Assembly: GCA_965204755.1 (NCBI GenBank) | Contig: OZ242011.1 | Location: 2,752,001 to 2,816,000, forward strand | From: Candidatus Marinacidobacterium sp. | GTDB taxonomy: Bacteria > Acidobacteriota > Vicinamibacteria > Marinacidobacterales > Marinacidobacteraceae | Direction of reading: 5' to 3' | DNA length: 64,000 nucleotides | Shown here: positions 28,726-39,300 of the stretch, one piece after another | How positions within the stretch are numbered: the first letter of the stretch is position 1 | How the letters are laid out: each line of letters starts with the position of its first letter | The notes under the pieces: generated by a model | Databases searched by the model: none | What the model was told of the DNA's origin: nothing | The model's input: only the letters and a program-made list of their open reading frames with translations | Made by a program: the position numbers and the translations under genes

Positions 28726-30400
28726 TCGAGCCCCTTCGCGGTCGCGGGACGCCCGGATCGAGCCCTTCTTGGGGCTCGATATCGCGGATCGACCCCCGCG
28801 GCGGCGCTCCGGACGGATCGACCCCCTCGTCGCCGATGTCGCGGATCGAGCCTCTTCGGGGTTGCGGGACGCTCGGATCGAACCCTTTTTGGGGGCTCGA
28901 TATCGCGGATCGACCCCCACGGCGGCGCTCCGGACGGATCGACCCCCTCGCCGCCGGTGTCGCGGATCGAGCCCCTTCGCGGTCGCGGGACGCCCGGATC
29001 GAGCCCCATTTGGGGGCTCGATATCGCGGATCGACCCCCACGGCGGCGCTCCGGACGGATCGACCCCCTCGCCGCCGGTGTCGTGGATCGAGCCCCTTCG
29101 CGGTCGCGGGACGCTCGGATCGAGCCCTTTTGGGGGCTCGATATCGCGGATCGACCCCCGCGGCGGCGCTCCGGACGGATCGACCCCCTCGCCGCCGGTG
29201 TCGCGGATCGAGCCCCTTCGCGGTCGCGGGACGCCCGGATCGAACCCTTCTTGGGGGCTCGATATCGCGGATCGACCCCCACGGCGGCGCTCCGGACGGA
29301 TCGACCCCCTCGTCGCCGGTGTCGTGGATCGAGCCCCTTCGGGGTTGCGGGACGCTCGGATCGAGCCCTTTTTTGGGGCTCGATATCGCGGATCGACCCC
29401 CACGGCTGCGCCCCGGACGAATCGACCCCCTCGTCCCCGGTGCCGTGGATCGAGCCCCTTCGGGGTTGCGGGACGCTCGGATCGAGCCCCTTCGGGGGCT
29501 CGATATCGCGGATCGCCTCCCACGGCGGCGCCCCCGGACGAATCGACCCCCTCGTCGCCGGTGTCGTGGGTCGAGCCCCTTTGGGGGCTCGATATCGCGG
29601 ATCGACCCCCACGGCTGCGCCCCGGACGGATCGACCCCCTCGTCGCCGGTGTCGCGGATCGAGCCCCTTTGCGGTCGCGGGACGCCCGGATCGAGCCCTT
29701 CTTGGGGGCTCGATATCGCGGATCGACCCCCGCGGCGGCGCTCCGGACGGATCGACCCCCTCGTCGCCGATGTCGTGGATCGAGCCCCTTCGCGGTTGCG
29801 GGACGCTCGGATCGAGCCCTTTTTGGGGGCTCGATATCGCGGATCGACCCCCACGGCGTCGCCCCGGACGGATCGACCCCCTCGTCGCCGGTGTCGTGGA
29901 TCGAGCCCCTTCGCGGTTGCGGGACGCTCGGATCGAGCCCCATTTGGGGGCTCGATATCGCGGATCGACCCCCACGGCGGCGCTCCGGACGGATCGACCC
30001 CCTCGTCGCCGGTGTCGTGGATCGAGCCCCTTCGCGGTTGCGGGACGCTCGGATCGAGCCCTTTTTTGGGGCTCGATATCGCGGATCGACCCCCACGGCG
30101 TCGCCCCGGACGGATCGACCCCCTCGTCGCCGGTGTCGTGGATCGAGCCCCTTCGGGGTTGCGGGACGCTCGGATCGAGCCCCATTTGGGGGCTCGATAT
30201 CGCGGATCGCCCCCCACGGCGGCGCCCCCGGACGGATCGACCCCCTCGTCGCCGGTGTCGTGGGTCGAGCCCCTTCGGGGTCGCGGGACGCTCGGATCGA
30301 GCCCCTTTGGGGGCTCGATATCGCGGATCGCCCCCCACGGCGGCGCCCCGGACGGATCGACCCCCTCGTCGCCGGTGTCGTGGATCGAGCCCCTTCGGGG
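28726..30400. repeat. Tandem array of 14 x ~121-bp units, each made of four ~30-bp GATCGA-led subunits with a hairpin
   Basis: GATATCGCG marker at ~28778, 28899, 29020, 29140, 29261, 29382, 29502, 29591, 29712, 29833, 29954, 30075, 30196, 30317. Confidence 0.95.
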
Positions 30401-30429
30401 CCGCCGACCCCCGCCTACAATCGGCGGCG

Positions 30430-32439
30430 ATGCGTCATGTGGTGGTCGGCACCGCCGGCCACATCGACCACGGGAAGAGCGCGCTGGTTCGCGCGCTCAC
30501 CGGGACCGATCCGGACCGCCTCAAGGAAGAGAAGGCGCGGGGGATCACCGTGGACTTGGGCTTCGCGCACTTCGTCGCCGGCGGCGTCCGCTACGCCTTC
30601 GTGGATGTCCCCGGCCACGAGCGGTTCGTCCGGAACATGCTCGCCGGGGCGGGCGGGTTCGATGTGGTGCTGCTGGTCGTCGCCGCCGACGAGTCGGTCA
30701 TGCCCCAGACCCGCGAGCACTTCGAGATCTGCCGGCTGCTGGGGATCGGGACCGCGGTCGTCGCGCTCTCCCGCAGCGACCTGGTGGACGACCCGGACCT
30801 GATCGAACTCGCCGAACTGGAAGTCCGCGACCTCCTCGCCGGGAGCCCGCTGGCCGAGGCCCCGGTAGTCCCGGTGTCCTCGGTCACCGGCGCCGGGCTC
30901 GACCGGCTGCTCGCCGCCCTCGAAACCGCCGCCGCCGCCGCGCGCCCTCGCGACCCGGACGGGCTCTTCCGCCTCCCGGTGGACCGGGTGTTCTCGGTGC
31001 GGGGGTTCGGCGCGGTGGTCACCGGCACCGTGGTCTCCGGCCGCGTCGCGGTCGGGAGCGAGGTGGAAATCCTGCCCGGCCGGGACGGCGGCGGCGAGGC
31101 CGGGGCGGGGGAGCGCGCCCGCGTCCGCGGCCTCGAAGTCCACGGCGCCCCCGCCGAGACCGGTTCCGCCGGGGAGCGCGTCGCGCTGAACCTCTCCGGC
31201 GTCCGCCGGGAGCGGGTGGAGCGCGGCTCGGTGGTCGGCTCGCCCGGGGAACTCGGCGCCGGCTCCATGCTGGACTGCCGGCTGGAAGTCCTGCCCGGCG
31301 CCGGCGCCCCGGTCGGCGACGAGGACCGGGTCCATGTCCACCTCGGCGCGGCGGCGGCGCTCGCGCGGGTGCGGTTGCTCGGCGGCGCGGCGGCGGTCGA
31401 ACCGGGGGAGACCGTTCTCGCCCAGTTGCGGCTGGAGAGCCCGGTGGCGGCGCTCCGGGGCGACCGGTTCATCGTCCGCCGGTATTCGCCGGTGGTGACC
31501 ATCGGCGGCGGTGAGGTGGTGGACGCGTTCCCGCCCAAGCGGTCGCCGAAGAGCCCGGCGGCGCGGGAGGCGGTGGCGGCGCTGGCGGAGGCGGACGACC
31601 GGGAGGCGGCGCTGCTGTTCGTGGACCGGGCCGGGCCCGGCGGGCTGACCGAGGCGGCGCTCGCCCGCCGGCTGGGGCGGCCGCGCGGGGAGGCGCATGG
31701 CCTCGTCGCGGAGTTGGCCGAGGCCGGGTCGGTGGGGATCGCCGCCGGTCGGGCGGCCGGCGACTCGCTGCTGGTGTCGGCGGCCCGGCTCCGCGCGCTC
31801 GGGGAACGGCTGCTCGCGCGGCTCGCGGCGTTCGAGGCGGCGAACCGCCTGCGGCCGGGGATGGCGGTGGAGGAACTGCGCGAACGGGCGGGCGTCCCGG
31901 CGGCGGTGGCCGACCGGGTGATGGCCGACCTGGCGGCCGCCGGGCGGCTGCGGCGCGACCGGGACGCGGTGTCCACCGCCGGCCGGGAGGTGGAACTGAC
32001 CGACCGGGAGCGGGAAGTCCGGGACGAGTTGGCGCGGCGGCTCGAAGAGGCCGGCCTCGCGCCGCCGACGCTGGCCGACGCCGCGCGCGAGTTGGAGGCC
32101 CCGGCGCCGCTGGTGGACGCGATGCGCCGGCTGCTCGCCCACGAGGGCCGCGCGGTGGTGGTGACGGCCGACCTGGCCTTCGACGCCGGGGCGCTCCGGT
32201 CGCTGCGCGAGGCGGTCCGCGACCGGCGGGCGGTCAACCCGGAAGTCTCGGTCGGCTGGTTCAAGGAAGAGTTCGGGCTGAGCCGGAAGCACGCGATCCC
32301 GCTGCTGGAGTGGCTCGACCGCGAGCGGGTGACGGTGCGGGTGGGGGATGTCCGCCGCATCCTCGCCCGCGCCGCGCCATCGTCGTCATCATCGGCGGCG
32401 AAACCGGCGGCCGCCGTTCGCGGCGCTCCCGCGGCTTGA
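30430..32439 (+). CDS. selB: Selenocysteine-specific elongation factor
   Basis: [43 protein letters not shown]-terminal winged helix [15 protein letters not shown]. Confidence 0.95.
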   Translation: MRHVVVGTAGHIDHGKSALVRALTGTDPDRLKEEKARGITVDLGFAHFVAGGVRYAFVDVPGHERFVRNMLAGAGGFDVVLLVVAADESVMPQTREHFEICRLLGIGTAVVALSRSDLVDDPDLIELAELEVRDLLAGSPLAEAPVVPVSSVTGAGLDRLLAALETAAAAARPRDPDGLFRLPVDRVFSVRGFGAVVTGTVVSGRVAVGSEVEILPGRDGGGEAGAGERARVRGLEVHGAPAETGSAGERVALNLSGVRRERVERGSVVGSPGELGAGSMLDCRLEVLPGAGAPVGDEDRVHVHLGAAAALARVRLLGGAAAVEPGETVLAQLRLESPVAALRGDRFIVRRYSPVVTIGGGEVVDAFPPKRSPKSPAAREAVAALAEADDREAALLFVDRAGPGGLTEAALARRLGRPRGEAHGLVAELAEAGSVGIAAGRAAGDSLLVSAARLRALGERLLARLAAFEAANRLRPGMAVEELRERAGVPAAVADRVMADLAAAGRLRRDRDAVSTAGREVELTDREREVRDELARRLEEAGLAPPTLADAARELEAPAPLVDAMRRLLAHEGRAVVVTADLAFDAGALRSLREAVRDRRAVNPEVSVGWFKEEFGLSRKHAIPLLEWLDRERVTVRVGDVRRILARAAPSSSSSAAKPAAAVRGAPAA

Positions 32440-34859
32440 ACGCGATCCTCGCGGACCTGCGGTTCGCGCTGCGCGACCTCCGGCGCCGCCCGCTCCTCAC
32501 CGGGCTCGCGGCGGCGTCGCTCGCCCTGGCGATCGGCGGCAACGGCGCGCAGTTCTCCTTCATGAGCGCGCTGCTGCTTCGCCCGATGCCCTACCCGGAG
32601 CCGGAGCGCGTCGTCGTCCTCTGGCAGACCGACCCGGCGAACCCCGCGGTGGACCTGATCCCGGTGTCCTCCGCCAACTACGACGACTGGCGGCGCGAGG
32701 CGCAGTCGTTCTCCACGCTCGCCGCGCAGCGCATCCGCCCGATGAGCATCACCGGCGGCGACCTCCCCGAACCGGTCACCGGCGCCGAAGTCCGCGCCGA
32801 GTTCTTCCCGCTGCTCGGCGCGCGGATGCATTTGGGCCGAGTCTTCCGGCCGGAAGAAGTGGAAGCCGGCCTGCGCGTGGTCGTCCTGTCGTTCCTCCAC
32901 TGGCAAAACCGCTGGGGCGGCGACGCGGACTTGGTGGGCCGCGACATCGAACTCGAAGGCGAGCCTTACGAAGTGCTCGGCGTCCTCGAAGACGGTTTCG
33001 AATTCCTGCAGGGCGGCACCGCGCTGTGGACGCCGATGGAGTTGACCCCGGCGCGTCTTTCGCGCGACCGCCGCGACCTGATGGTGGTGGGCCGGTTGGC
33101 GCCCGGCCGTTCGAGCGCCGACGCCCAGCGCGAGATGGAAGTCCTGAACGACCGCCTGGTCGCCGCCTATCCCGACTCGAACCGGGGTTTCGGCATCCAG
33201 GTGCTCACGCTCGAAGAACTGCTCACCTACGGCCCCCGCGAAGAGTTCTTCTTCCTGATGCAGGGCACGATCTTCTTCGTCCTGCTCATCGCCTGCGCGA
33301 ACCTGGCGAACCTGCTGCTGGCTCGCGCGATCGACCGCCGCGGCGAAATCGCCGTCCGCGCTTCCGTCGGCGCGACGCAGCGGCGGGTATTGCGCCAGTT
33401 GCTGGTGGAGGCCGGTCTGCTCGCCGGTCTCGGCGGCGTCGCCGGCCTGCTGCTGGTTTGGGGGTTGATCGGGGCGCTTCGTTACTCCTTCTCTTCCAGC
33501 GAACTCATGCCGCGCCACTTCCTGCCGGAGATGGACGCCGGGGTCGTCGGCTTCACGCTGCTGGTTACGGTCATCGCCGCGCTGACCTTCGGGATCGCGC
33601 CGTCGCTGGAAGGCGCCCGCGGCGCGCTCTCCTCCGGTCTCTCCGAGCAGGGGCGCGGCGGCTCCTCCGGCGGCCGCGGCCGGCGATACCTGTCGAAGGG
33701 GTTGGTCGTCGGCCAGTTGGCGGTGGCGCTGGTGCTGCTCGGCGGCGCCGGGTCGTTGATGCGGGCGTTTTCGTCGCTGGCGTCGAGCGATCCCGGTTTC
33801 CGACCCGACGGGTTGCTGGTGTTCACCGTGAACCTCCCGGAGAGCCGTTACCCCGCTCCGGCGGGCCAGGCGGAGGCGGCGGAACGGTTGGAGCAGGCGG
33901 TTGCGGCGCTTCCCGGAGTCACCGGCGTCGCGCTCACGAACCATGTTCCCTATACCTACCTGTCGCCGAAACTCCCCTACCGCCTTCCCGGCGAAACCTC
34001 GTCTTCCGACGATGCCCCGGCGCGAACCGCGACGGTGATCACGGCGTCGCCGGACTACTTCGCTTCGCTCGGCGTGCCCTTGATGCAGGGCCGGGTCTTC
34101 GACCGCAACGACCGCGAAGGCGCCCCGCCGGTGGCGCTGGTGAACCGCGCTTTCGCCGAGAGCATCTGGCCGGGAGGCGAACCGCTCGGCCAACAACTCG
34201 AAGTCGGCGGCGAAGCGCGCGAAGTGGTGGGCATCGCCGGCAATGTCAAACAGGACGCCTTCCTCGACAGCGCCATCGGCGGCGAGCGGATCGTCTATCT
34301 CCCCTGGGGCCAGGCGGCGTCGCCGGCGCTCTTCGGCATGGCGCGGACGGCGGCGGACCCCGCCGGGCTGGCGCGCCAGGTGCGCGAAACCATCGCCGGC
34401 GTGGACCGCGGCATCTCGACCTCGAATGTCCGCCCGCTCCCGGAGATGCTCGCCGAGTTCCGCATCGGCCTCGACGCGATCTCCGGGTTGCTCGCGGGTT
34501 TCGGCCTGCTGGCGCTGGGCCTCGCCGGATCGGGGATCTACGGCGTGACCCGCTACGGCGTATCCCGCCGCACCCGCGAGTTCGGGATTCGCGGAGCGTT
34601 CGGGGCTTCGCCGCGGGGCCTGCTCCGCCTGGTCATGCGCGAGGCGGTGACGCTCGCTTTGCTCGGCTTCCTCATCGGCGCTCCGTTCATGGTCGTCGTC
34701 GTGATGTTCGTCCGCCGGATGCTCGCCGGAATGAGCCTCCCCAGCCCCCTCGCCGCCGTCGCGGTCGCCGCCCTCCTCTTCGGCGTCGCCCTCCTCGCCA
34801 GTTGGCTCCCCGCCCGCCACGCCGCCCGAATCCCCCCGAGCCAGGCGCTCCGGTATTGA
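32436..34859 (+). CDS. Duplicated MacB/FtsX-type ABC permease (ADOP-like)
   Basis: [57 protein letters not shown]; TTG start overlaps the selB stop. Confidence 0.88.
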   Translation: MNAILADLRFALRDLRRRPLLTGLAAASLALAIGGNGAQFSFMSALLLRPMPYPEPERVVVLWQTDPANPAVDLIPVSSANYDDWRREAQSFSTLAAQRIRPMSITGGDLPEPVTGAEVRAEFFPLLGARMHLGRVFRPEEVEAGLRVVVLSFLHWQNRWGGDADLVGRDIELEGEPYEVLGVLEDGFEFLQGGTALWTPMELTPARLSRDRRDLMVVGRLAPGRSSADAQREMEVLNDRLVAAYPDSNRGFGIQVLTLEELLTYGPREEFFFLMQGTIFFVLLIACANLANLLLARAIDRRGEIAVRASVGATQRRVLRQLLVEAGLLAGLGGVAGLLLVWGLIGALRYSFSSSELMPRHFLPEMDAGVVGFTLLVTVIAALTFGIAPSLEGARGALSSGLSEQGRGGSSGGRGRRYLSKGLVVGQLAVALVLLGGAGSLMRAFSSLASSDPGFRPDGLLVFTVNLPESRYPAPAGQAEAAERLEQAVAALPGVTGVALTNHVPYTYLSPKLPYRLPGETSSSDDAPARTATVITASPDYFASLGVPLMQGRVFDRNDREGAPPVALVNRAFAESIWPGGEPLGQQLEVGGEAREVVGIAGNVKQDAFLDSAIGGERIVYLPWGQAASPALFGMARTAADPAGLARQVRETIAGVDRGISTSNVRPLPEMLAEFRIGLDAISGLLAGFGLLALGLAGSGIYGVTRYGVSRRTREFGIRGAFGASPRGLLRLVMREAVTLALLGFLIGAPFMVVVVMFVRRMLAGMSLPSPLAAVAVAALLFGVALLASWLPARHAARIPPSQALRY

Positions 34860-34879
34860 AGTCCCACGAGGTGGTGGCT

Positions 34880-35335
34880 ATGTCGCCCGATGCCATCGAG
34901 CGGGACTTCCGCGAGGCGGTGTCCGCGAGGATCGAGTTGGTGGCGGACGGAGCGGAGCGCTACCGCGTGCTGAACCCTTTCCTCTTCGACGACGGCGACC
35001 ACTTCCCGATCGTCCTGCGGCGCGAGGGAGGGAAATGGGTGCTCTCCGACGAAGGCAACACCTGGATGCGGCTGACCTACGAACTCAGCGAGAAGGATCT
35101 CCGGCGCGGGAGTCGTCGAAAAGTCTTGGCTGATGCTCTGTCGCTGTTCGAGATCGAGGATCGAGACGGGGAGTTCGTGATCTCGGTGCCGGGAGAACGC
35201 TATGGCGATGCGTTGCTTTCCTTCGTCCAGGGGATATCGAGGGTTGCGGGCGTCGCGCTGCTCTCACGCGAACGAGTAAGCGCGACTTTCCGCGAGGACC
35301 GCGATGACTCGCGGACGGACGAAGAAGCGGACTGA
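34880..35335 (+). CDS. DUF1828-like protein, probably C-terminally truncated
   Basis: PFLFDDGDHFPIVL...WVLSDEGNT motif; ends shortly after ...ATFRED. Confidence 0.6.
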   Translation: MSPDAIERDFREAVSARIELVADGAERYRVLNPFLFDDGDHFPIVLRREGGKWVLSDEGNTWMRLTYELSEKDLRRGSRRKVLADALSLFEIEDRDGEFVISVPGERYGDALLSFVQGISRVAGVALLSRERVSATFREDRDDSRTDEEAD

Positions 35336-35397
35336 CGGGGCCGGAGCAGCGGAATCGCTCACTGCTTGCGGTTCGAAGAATGGACTTCGAATCGATG

Positions 35398-36504
35398 TCA
35401 GCGAAGTTCGATGTTCATTCCCAGGCCGGCATCGACTTGGTCCGCGTCGAATCGTACGGCGAACCGAAGGCGCCGATCCAACTTGAAGACGAAGACCTCG
35501 GAGGCGAGATCGGGACTGTCGCGGTAGAGCGACGCCAGCGCCTCGAGACAGTCGAAACTGTGGGTCGTAGCCATGATCTGAACGGAGGATCGCGCGGCGG
35601 TCCGGATCAGGAAACGCCAAGCGTCCCGCATGACCGACCAGTGCGCGCTGCCGGCGATTTCGTCGGCGAGGACGCAGCCCCCGGTGCTCGTGATGACGGA
35701 GAGCGCGAGCGCCAGGGCGCGGGTGATTCCCCCACCGAGACTGCCCAGTGGGACGCGCCGCCGTTCGCCGTCGAGTCCGGCGAGGATGCCCGCGACTCCC
35801 GGCTGCGAACCGACGGCGACGCCGGCGAGGAAATGGAGGGACACGAGTCGTTCCTCCACGACCCGGAGCGCCTCGACCACCTCCGACTCGCGGCCTTCGA
35901 CCATCACTTGGTCCCACATCTCCCGCAGGATGTCGGCGTCGAGCGGATCCGAAGCAAGAAACGCGACCGGCATGGATTCTCGCTCCGAGGTCGCCGGGCC
36001 GCCGTGCAGGACCGGCCCGAGGGCCTGCCCGTCGCTGTCCAGCGGCACGAGCGCGCTCGACTGCGAGTCGCCGCCGGTGAACTCGAGGGCGAACTCCGGT
36101 AATGCGACGAGCGAGTCCCCGGCGCTTGCGTCGATTCGCCGACGCTCCGCCGCGATGAGCGCCCGCACCCGCAGCGAGATCGAACCGGGTTCAGGTTCCC
36201 CTTCGATCCGAAGGCATGGTGTCTCTTCCGGGCGGATCTCGTGGCCGGGGAAGAACTGAGCCGGGTCAGCCATCCATCGGCCTTCACCGCTTTCCGGATC
36301 GGCGACCCAACGCAACTCGCCGCGCCGCGCCGCCGCTCGGCGGAAGACGGCGGGACCACCGCGCGAGGCGAGCAGTTCCACGGCCTCCAGCAGCGAAGTT
36401 TTTCCGCTGCCGTTCTCGCCGACGAACAGGTTCACGCGGCCGAGACCCGACACCTCGTAGTCGTCGAAACTGCGGTACCCGCTCAGCCTCAGCGTATGGA
36501 TCAT
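35398..36504 (-). CDS. AAA ATPase (AAA_15/AAA_21-like)
   Basis: VNLFVGENGSGKTSLLEA, SLGGGI, LADEI, ATTHS. Confidence 0.8.
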   Translation of the reverse strand: MIHTLRLSGYRSFDDYEVSGLGRVNLFVGENGSGKTSLLEAVELLASRGGPAVFRRAAARRGELRWVADPESGEGRWMADPAQFFPGHEIRPEETPCLRIEGEPEPGSISLRVRALIAAERRRIDASAGDSLVALPEFALEFTGGDSQSSALVPLDSDGQALGPVLHGGPATSERESMPVAFLASDPLDADILREMWDQVMVEGRESEVVEALRVVEERLVSLHFLAGVAVGSQPGVAGILAGLDGERRRVPLGSLGGGITRALALALSVITSTGGCVLADEIAGSAHWSVMRDAWRFLIRTAARSSVQIMATTHSFDCLEALASLYRDSPDLASEVFVFKLDRRLRFAVRFDADQVDAGLGMNIELR

Positions 36505-36591
36505 GTCGAGTTCTCGCTGCGCGCGGTGTTCCGGTACCGGTCAGCCGGGATGCTAACCATTACCGGGGGCGGGTCGGCGCGCGGCCGGCCG

Positions 36592-37397
36592 TGGCTAAAC
36601 TGACCGGCCCATGGCCAGCGTGACCGTCAACAAGACCATCCGGGCGGCGCCGGAGCGGGTGTTCGCCATTGCGACCGATCTCCCGAACATCGCGGAGACG
36701 GTTTCCGGGATCGAGAGCGTGGAGGTGCTGACGGAGGGGCCGGTGGGCGTGGGGACGCGGTGGCGGGAGACGCGGAAGATGTACGGGAAGACCGCCACCG
36801 AGGAGATGCGGGTCACCGGTTTCGAGCCGCCGCGGTCGTTCGTGGTGGAGGCCGAGTCGAACGGCGCCCACTACACGACCGAGTTCCGCTTCGAGCCGGA
36901 GGGGCTCGGAACCCGGCTCACGCTGGTGTTCGGCGCCCGCCCGCTGACGCTCGCGGCGAAGGTGTTCTCCGTCGTCGGCGTCCTCATGGCCGGAACGGTG
37001 CGGAAGGCCCTCGAACGGGACATGGAGGATGTGAAGCGCGCCGCCGAAGCGGAGGCCAAGTCGTAGCGACGCGGCCGCCGGGCGCGATGACGGCGCGGGC
37101 GCCGTCCGCGGATGCCCGGAACGCGCCGGAGGAGGGGCTCGTCCTCCGGACGGAGCGCCTGGTGCTGCGCCCCTTCCGCGAATCCGACTTCGACGCCGTC
37201 CACGAGTACGCGTCGGACTTCGAGACCACCGCGTACCTGCGCTGGGGGCCCAACCGGCCGGAGGACACCCGCGCTTTCCTGGTCGAGGTGGCGGGCGGCC
37301 GGCTGGCGCCGCGCCAGTTCGACTTCGCCGCCGTGGAAGCGGCCGGCGACCGCCTCGGCGGCGGGCTCCGGCTGCTCGAACGAGCCCCCCGCCGCTA
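36592..37397 (+). repeat. Copy 1 of an ~0.8-kb direct duplication (copy 2 at ~38183-38988)
   Basis: Near-identical sequence at offset 1591; both copies end ...CCCCGCCGCTA. Confidence 0.92.
36611..37066 (+). CDS. SRPBCC family protein (copy 1)
   Basis: I.AAPERVF, GPVGVGTRWRETR; protein identical to 38202..38657. Confidence 0.85.
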   Translation: MASVTVNKTIRAAPERVFAIATDLPNIAETVSGIESVEVLTEGPVGVGTRWRETRKMYGKTATEEMRVTGFEPPRSFVVEAESNGAHYTTEFRFEPEGLGTRLTLVFGARPLTLAAKVFSVVGVLMAGTVRKALERDMEDVKRAAEAEAKS

Positions 37398-37398
37398 G
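37087..37398 (+). pseudogene. GNAT (RimJ/RimL-like) acetyltransferase, 3'-truncated copy
   Basis: LRTERLVLRPFRESD; stops at the duplication boundary. Confidence 0.8.
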
Positions 37399-37465
37399 AT
37401 TCATAGTGTAATCGGGCCCGTTCAACGAACGGATCCGGCGTTGTGGTGCAGCCGATGCGGCGTCG

Positions 37466-37873
37466 CTACGGGCGCCAGTTCTCGAGCCGAAGGTTGGGTA
37501 TTCTCGCCATGTGTTTCTCGTCCGTGCTCACCAAGGTGCCGTCGAGAACGATCGCGTGAGCGGCGATGGCGACATCGAAGTCCTCGATTCGCCTTCCTTT
37601 TCGCTCAAGATCGACCTTGAGGATGCCGAATGTGCGGCTCACCTCATCTGTCCACTCGGCCCGCATCGCCCGGTTGAGAAACAGGTCGAGGCGTTGTGTC
37701 AATGCCTCAAGTCTCTTCGATTTCTTCAGGCGGGACAGCCCGTATCGAATCTCTGCGATGACGGGTTGTGGCAGCAGGACATCGGGTCGCGGATGTGTCA
37801 GAAGGCGGGCACACACTTCCCGATCTCCCTTCATGGCCAACGACAGCGTGTTCGTGTCGAGGATGTATCTCAC
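37466..37873 (-). CDS. vapC: VapC PIN-domain toxin
   Basis: YILDTN, VIAEI, EDFDVAIAAHA, LVSTD..H...IPNLRLENW. Confidence 0.9.
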   Translation of the reverse strand: MRYILDTNTLSLAMKGDREVCARLLTHPRPDVLLPQPVIAEIRYGLSRLKKSKRLEALTQRLDLFLNRAMRAEWTDEVSRTFGILKVDLERKGRRIEDFDVAIAAHAIVLDGTLVSTDEKHMARIPNLRLENWRP

Positions 37874-38124
37874 AGAGCGGGCGGTCCCTTCCGGGTCCGG
37901 TTTGCCACGATCGCCCGGAGCATCTCATCGACGAGTTCATGGCTGCGGGTGTCCGCACGCGCGGCCTCGAGCATCTCGACGAAGTCGGCGCCCCACTCGG
38001 TGTCAGTTGCCAGACTGCGTTCGAGGGCGCGAACGATGTAGCGGTTCCGGCTCATGTCGAGGTCGCGGGCTCGGCGGTCGACGGAGTGGAGGAGGTCTTC
38101 GGGGAGATGGACGGTCGTAGGCAT
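37870..38124 (-). CDS. vapB: RHH/CopG-family antitoxin
   Basis: TTVHLPEDLLHSVDRRA...SRNRYI; 4-bp overlap with vapC. Confidence 0.82.
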   Translation of the reverse strand: MPTTVHLPEDLLHSVDRRARDLDMSRNRYIVRALERSLATDTEWGADFVEMLEAARADTRSHELVDEMLRAIVANRTRKGPPAL

Positions 38125-38139
38125 GGCGGATAGAGTAGG

Positions 38140-38168
38140 AATATAGTCGCTGTGCTTGGCCTAGTCAA
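38140..38168 (-). promoter_or_regulatory. Sigma70-type promoter of vapBC
   Basis: TTGACT-N17-TATATT on the minus strand, 15 nt upstream of the antitoxin ATG. Confidence 0.7.
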
Positions 38169-38201
38169 GGGGGCTCGGGCGGCGGCTAGACTGCCGGCCC
38201 C

Positions 38202-38657
38202 ATGGCCAGCGTGACCGTCAACAAGACCATCCGGGCGGCGCCGGAGCGGGTGTTCGCCATTGCGACCGATCTTCCGAACATCGCGGAGACGGTTTCCGGG
38301 ATCGAGAGCGTGGAGGTGCTGACCGAGGGGCCGGTGGGCGTGGGGACGCGGTGGCGGGAGACGCGGAAGATGTACGGGAAGACCGCCACCGAGGAGATGC
38401 GGGTCACCGGCTTCGAGCCGCCGCGGTCGTTCGTGGTCGAGGCCGAGTCGAACGGCGCCCACTACACGACCGAGTTCCGCTTCGAGCCGGAGGGGCTCGG
38501 AACCCGGCTCACGCTGGTGTTCGGCGCCCGCCCGCTGACGCTCGCGGCGAAGGTGTTCTCCGTCGTCGGGGTCCTCATGGCCGGAACGGTGCGGAAGGCG
38601 CTCGAACGGGACATGGAGGATGTGAAGCGCGCCGCCGAAGCGGAGGCCAAGTCGTAG
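38202..38657 (+). CDS. SRPBCC family protein (copy 2)
   Basis: Identical protein to copy 1. Confidence 0.85.
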   Translation: MASVTVNKTIRAAPERVFAIATDLPNIAETVSGIESVEVLTEGPVGVGTRWRETRKMYGKTATEEMRVTGFEPPRSFVVEAESNGAHYTTEFRFEPEGLGTRLTLVFGARPLTLAAKVFSVVGVLMAGTVRKALERDMEDVKRAAEAEAKS

Positions 38658-38677
38658 CGACGCGGCCGCCGGGCGCG

Positions 38678-39298
38678 ATGACCGCGCGGGCGCCGTCGGC
38701 GGACGCCCGGAGAGCCCCGGAGGAGGGGCTCGTCCTCCGGACGGAGCGCCTGGTGCTGCGTCCCTTCCGCGAGTCCGACTTCGACGCCGTCCACGAGTAC
38801 GCGTCGGACTTCGAGACCACCGCGTACCTGCGCTGGGGGCCCAACCGGCCGGAGTACACCCGCGCCTTCCTGGCCGAGGTGGCGGGCGGCCGGCTGGCCC
38901 CGCGCCAGTTCGACTTCGCCGCCGTGGAAGCGGCCGGCGGTCGGCTCGGCGGCGGGCTCCGGCTGCTCGAACGAGCCCCCCGCCGCTACGAGTTGAGTTT
39001 CGTCTTCGCCCGCCGGGTCCGGGGGCGGGGCTACGCCACGGAGTCCGTCCGCCGCCTCCTCCGCTTCGCCGCCGCCGACCTCGCGGCCGAGGAGGTCTTC
39101 GCCCTGGTCGTCCCGGAAAACCCCGACTCCCGCCGCGTCCTCGTCCGCTGCGGCTTCCACCCGGCCCCCGACCCCGCCCCCTACGCGGCGTGGCGCGAGG
39201 GCCTCTGCTCCACCGCCGAGGCCCTGCGCTTCACCCCCGGCCTGCGGTGCTATCCTGCTGGCGCGAGCCAAGAACACCGGCGGAAAGGAGGTCCCTGA
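38678..39298 (+). CDS. GNAT (RimJ/RimL-like) N-acetyltransferase
   Basis: LRTERLVLRPF, RGRGYATE, N.DSRRVL.RCGF. Confidence 0.85.
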   Translation: MTARAPSADARRAPEEGLVLRTERLVLRPFRESDFDAVHEYASDFETTAYLRWGPNRPEYTRAFLAEVAGGRLAPRQFDFAAVEAAGGRLGGGLRLLERAPRRYELSFVFARRVRGRGYATESVRRLLRFAAADLAAEEVFALVVPENPDSRRVLVRCGFHPAPDPAPYAAWREGLCSTAEALRFTPGLRCYPAGASQEHRRKGGP

Positions 39299-39300
39299 CC

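Noticed and set aside
28726-30400. CRISPR array interpretation of the ~30-bp periodic repeats
   Set aside because: The intervening sequences are themselves repeated every 121 bp (no unique spacers) and no cas genes are in the window
28138-31514. Long ORFs through the repeat array in several frames, including a 1409-aa extended SelB
   Set aside because: Stop-free translation of a GC-rich repeat whose unit length shifts frame; SelB homology starts at ATG 30430
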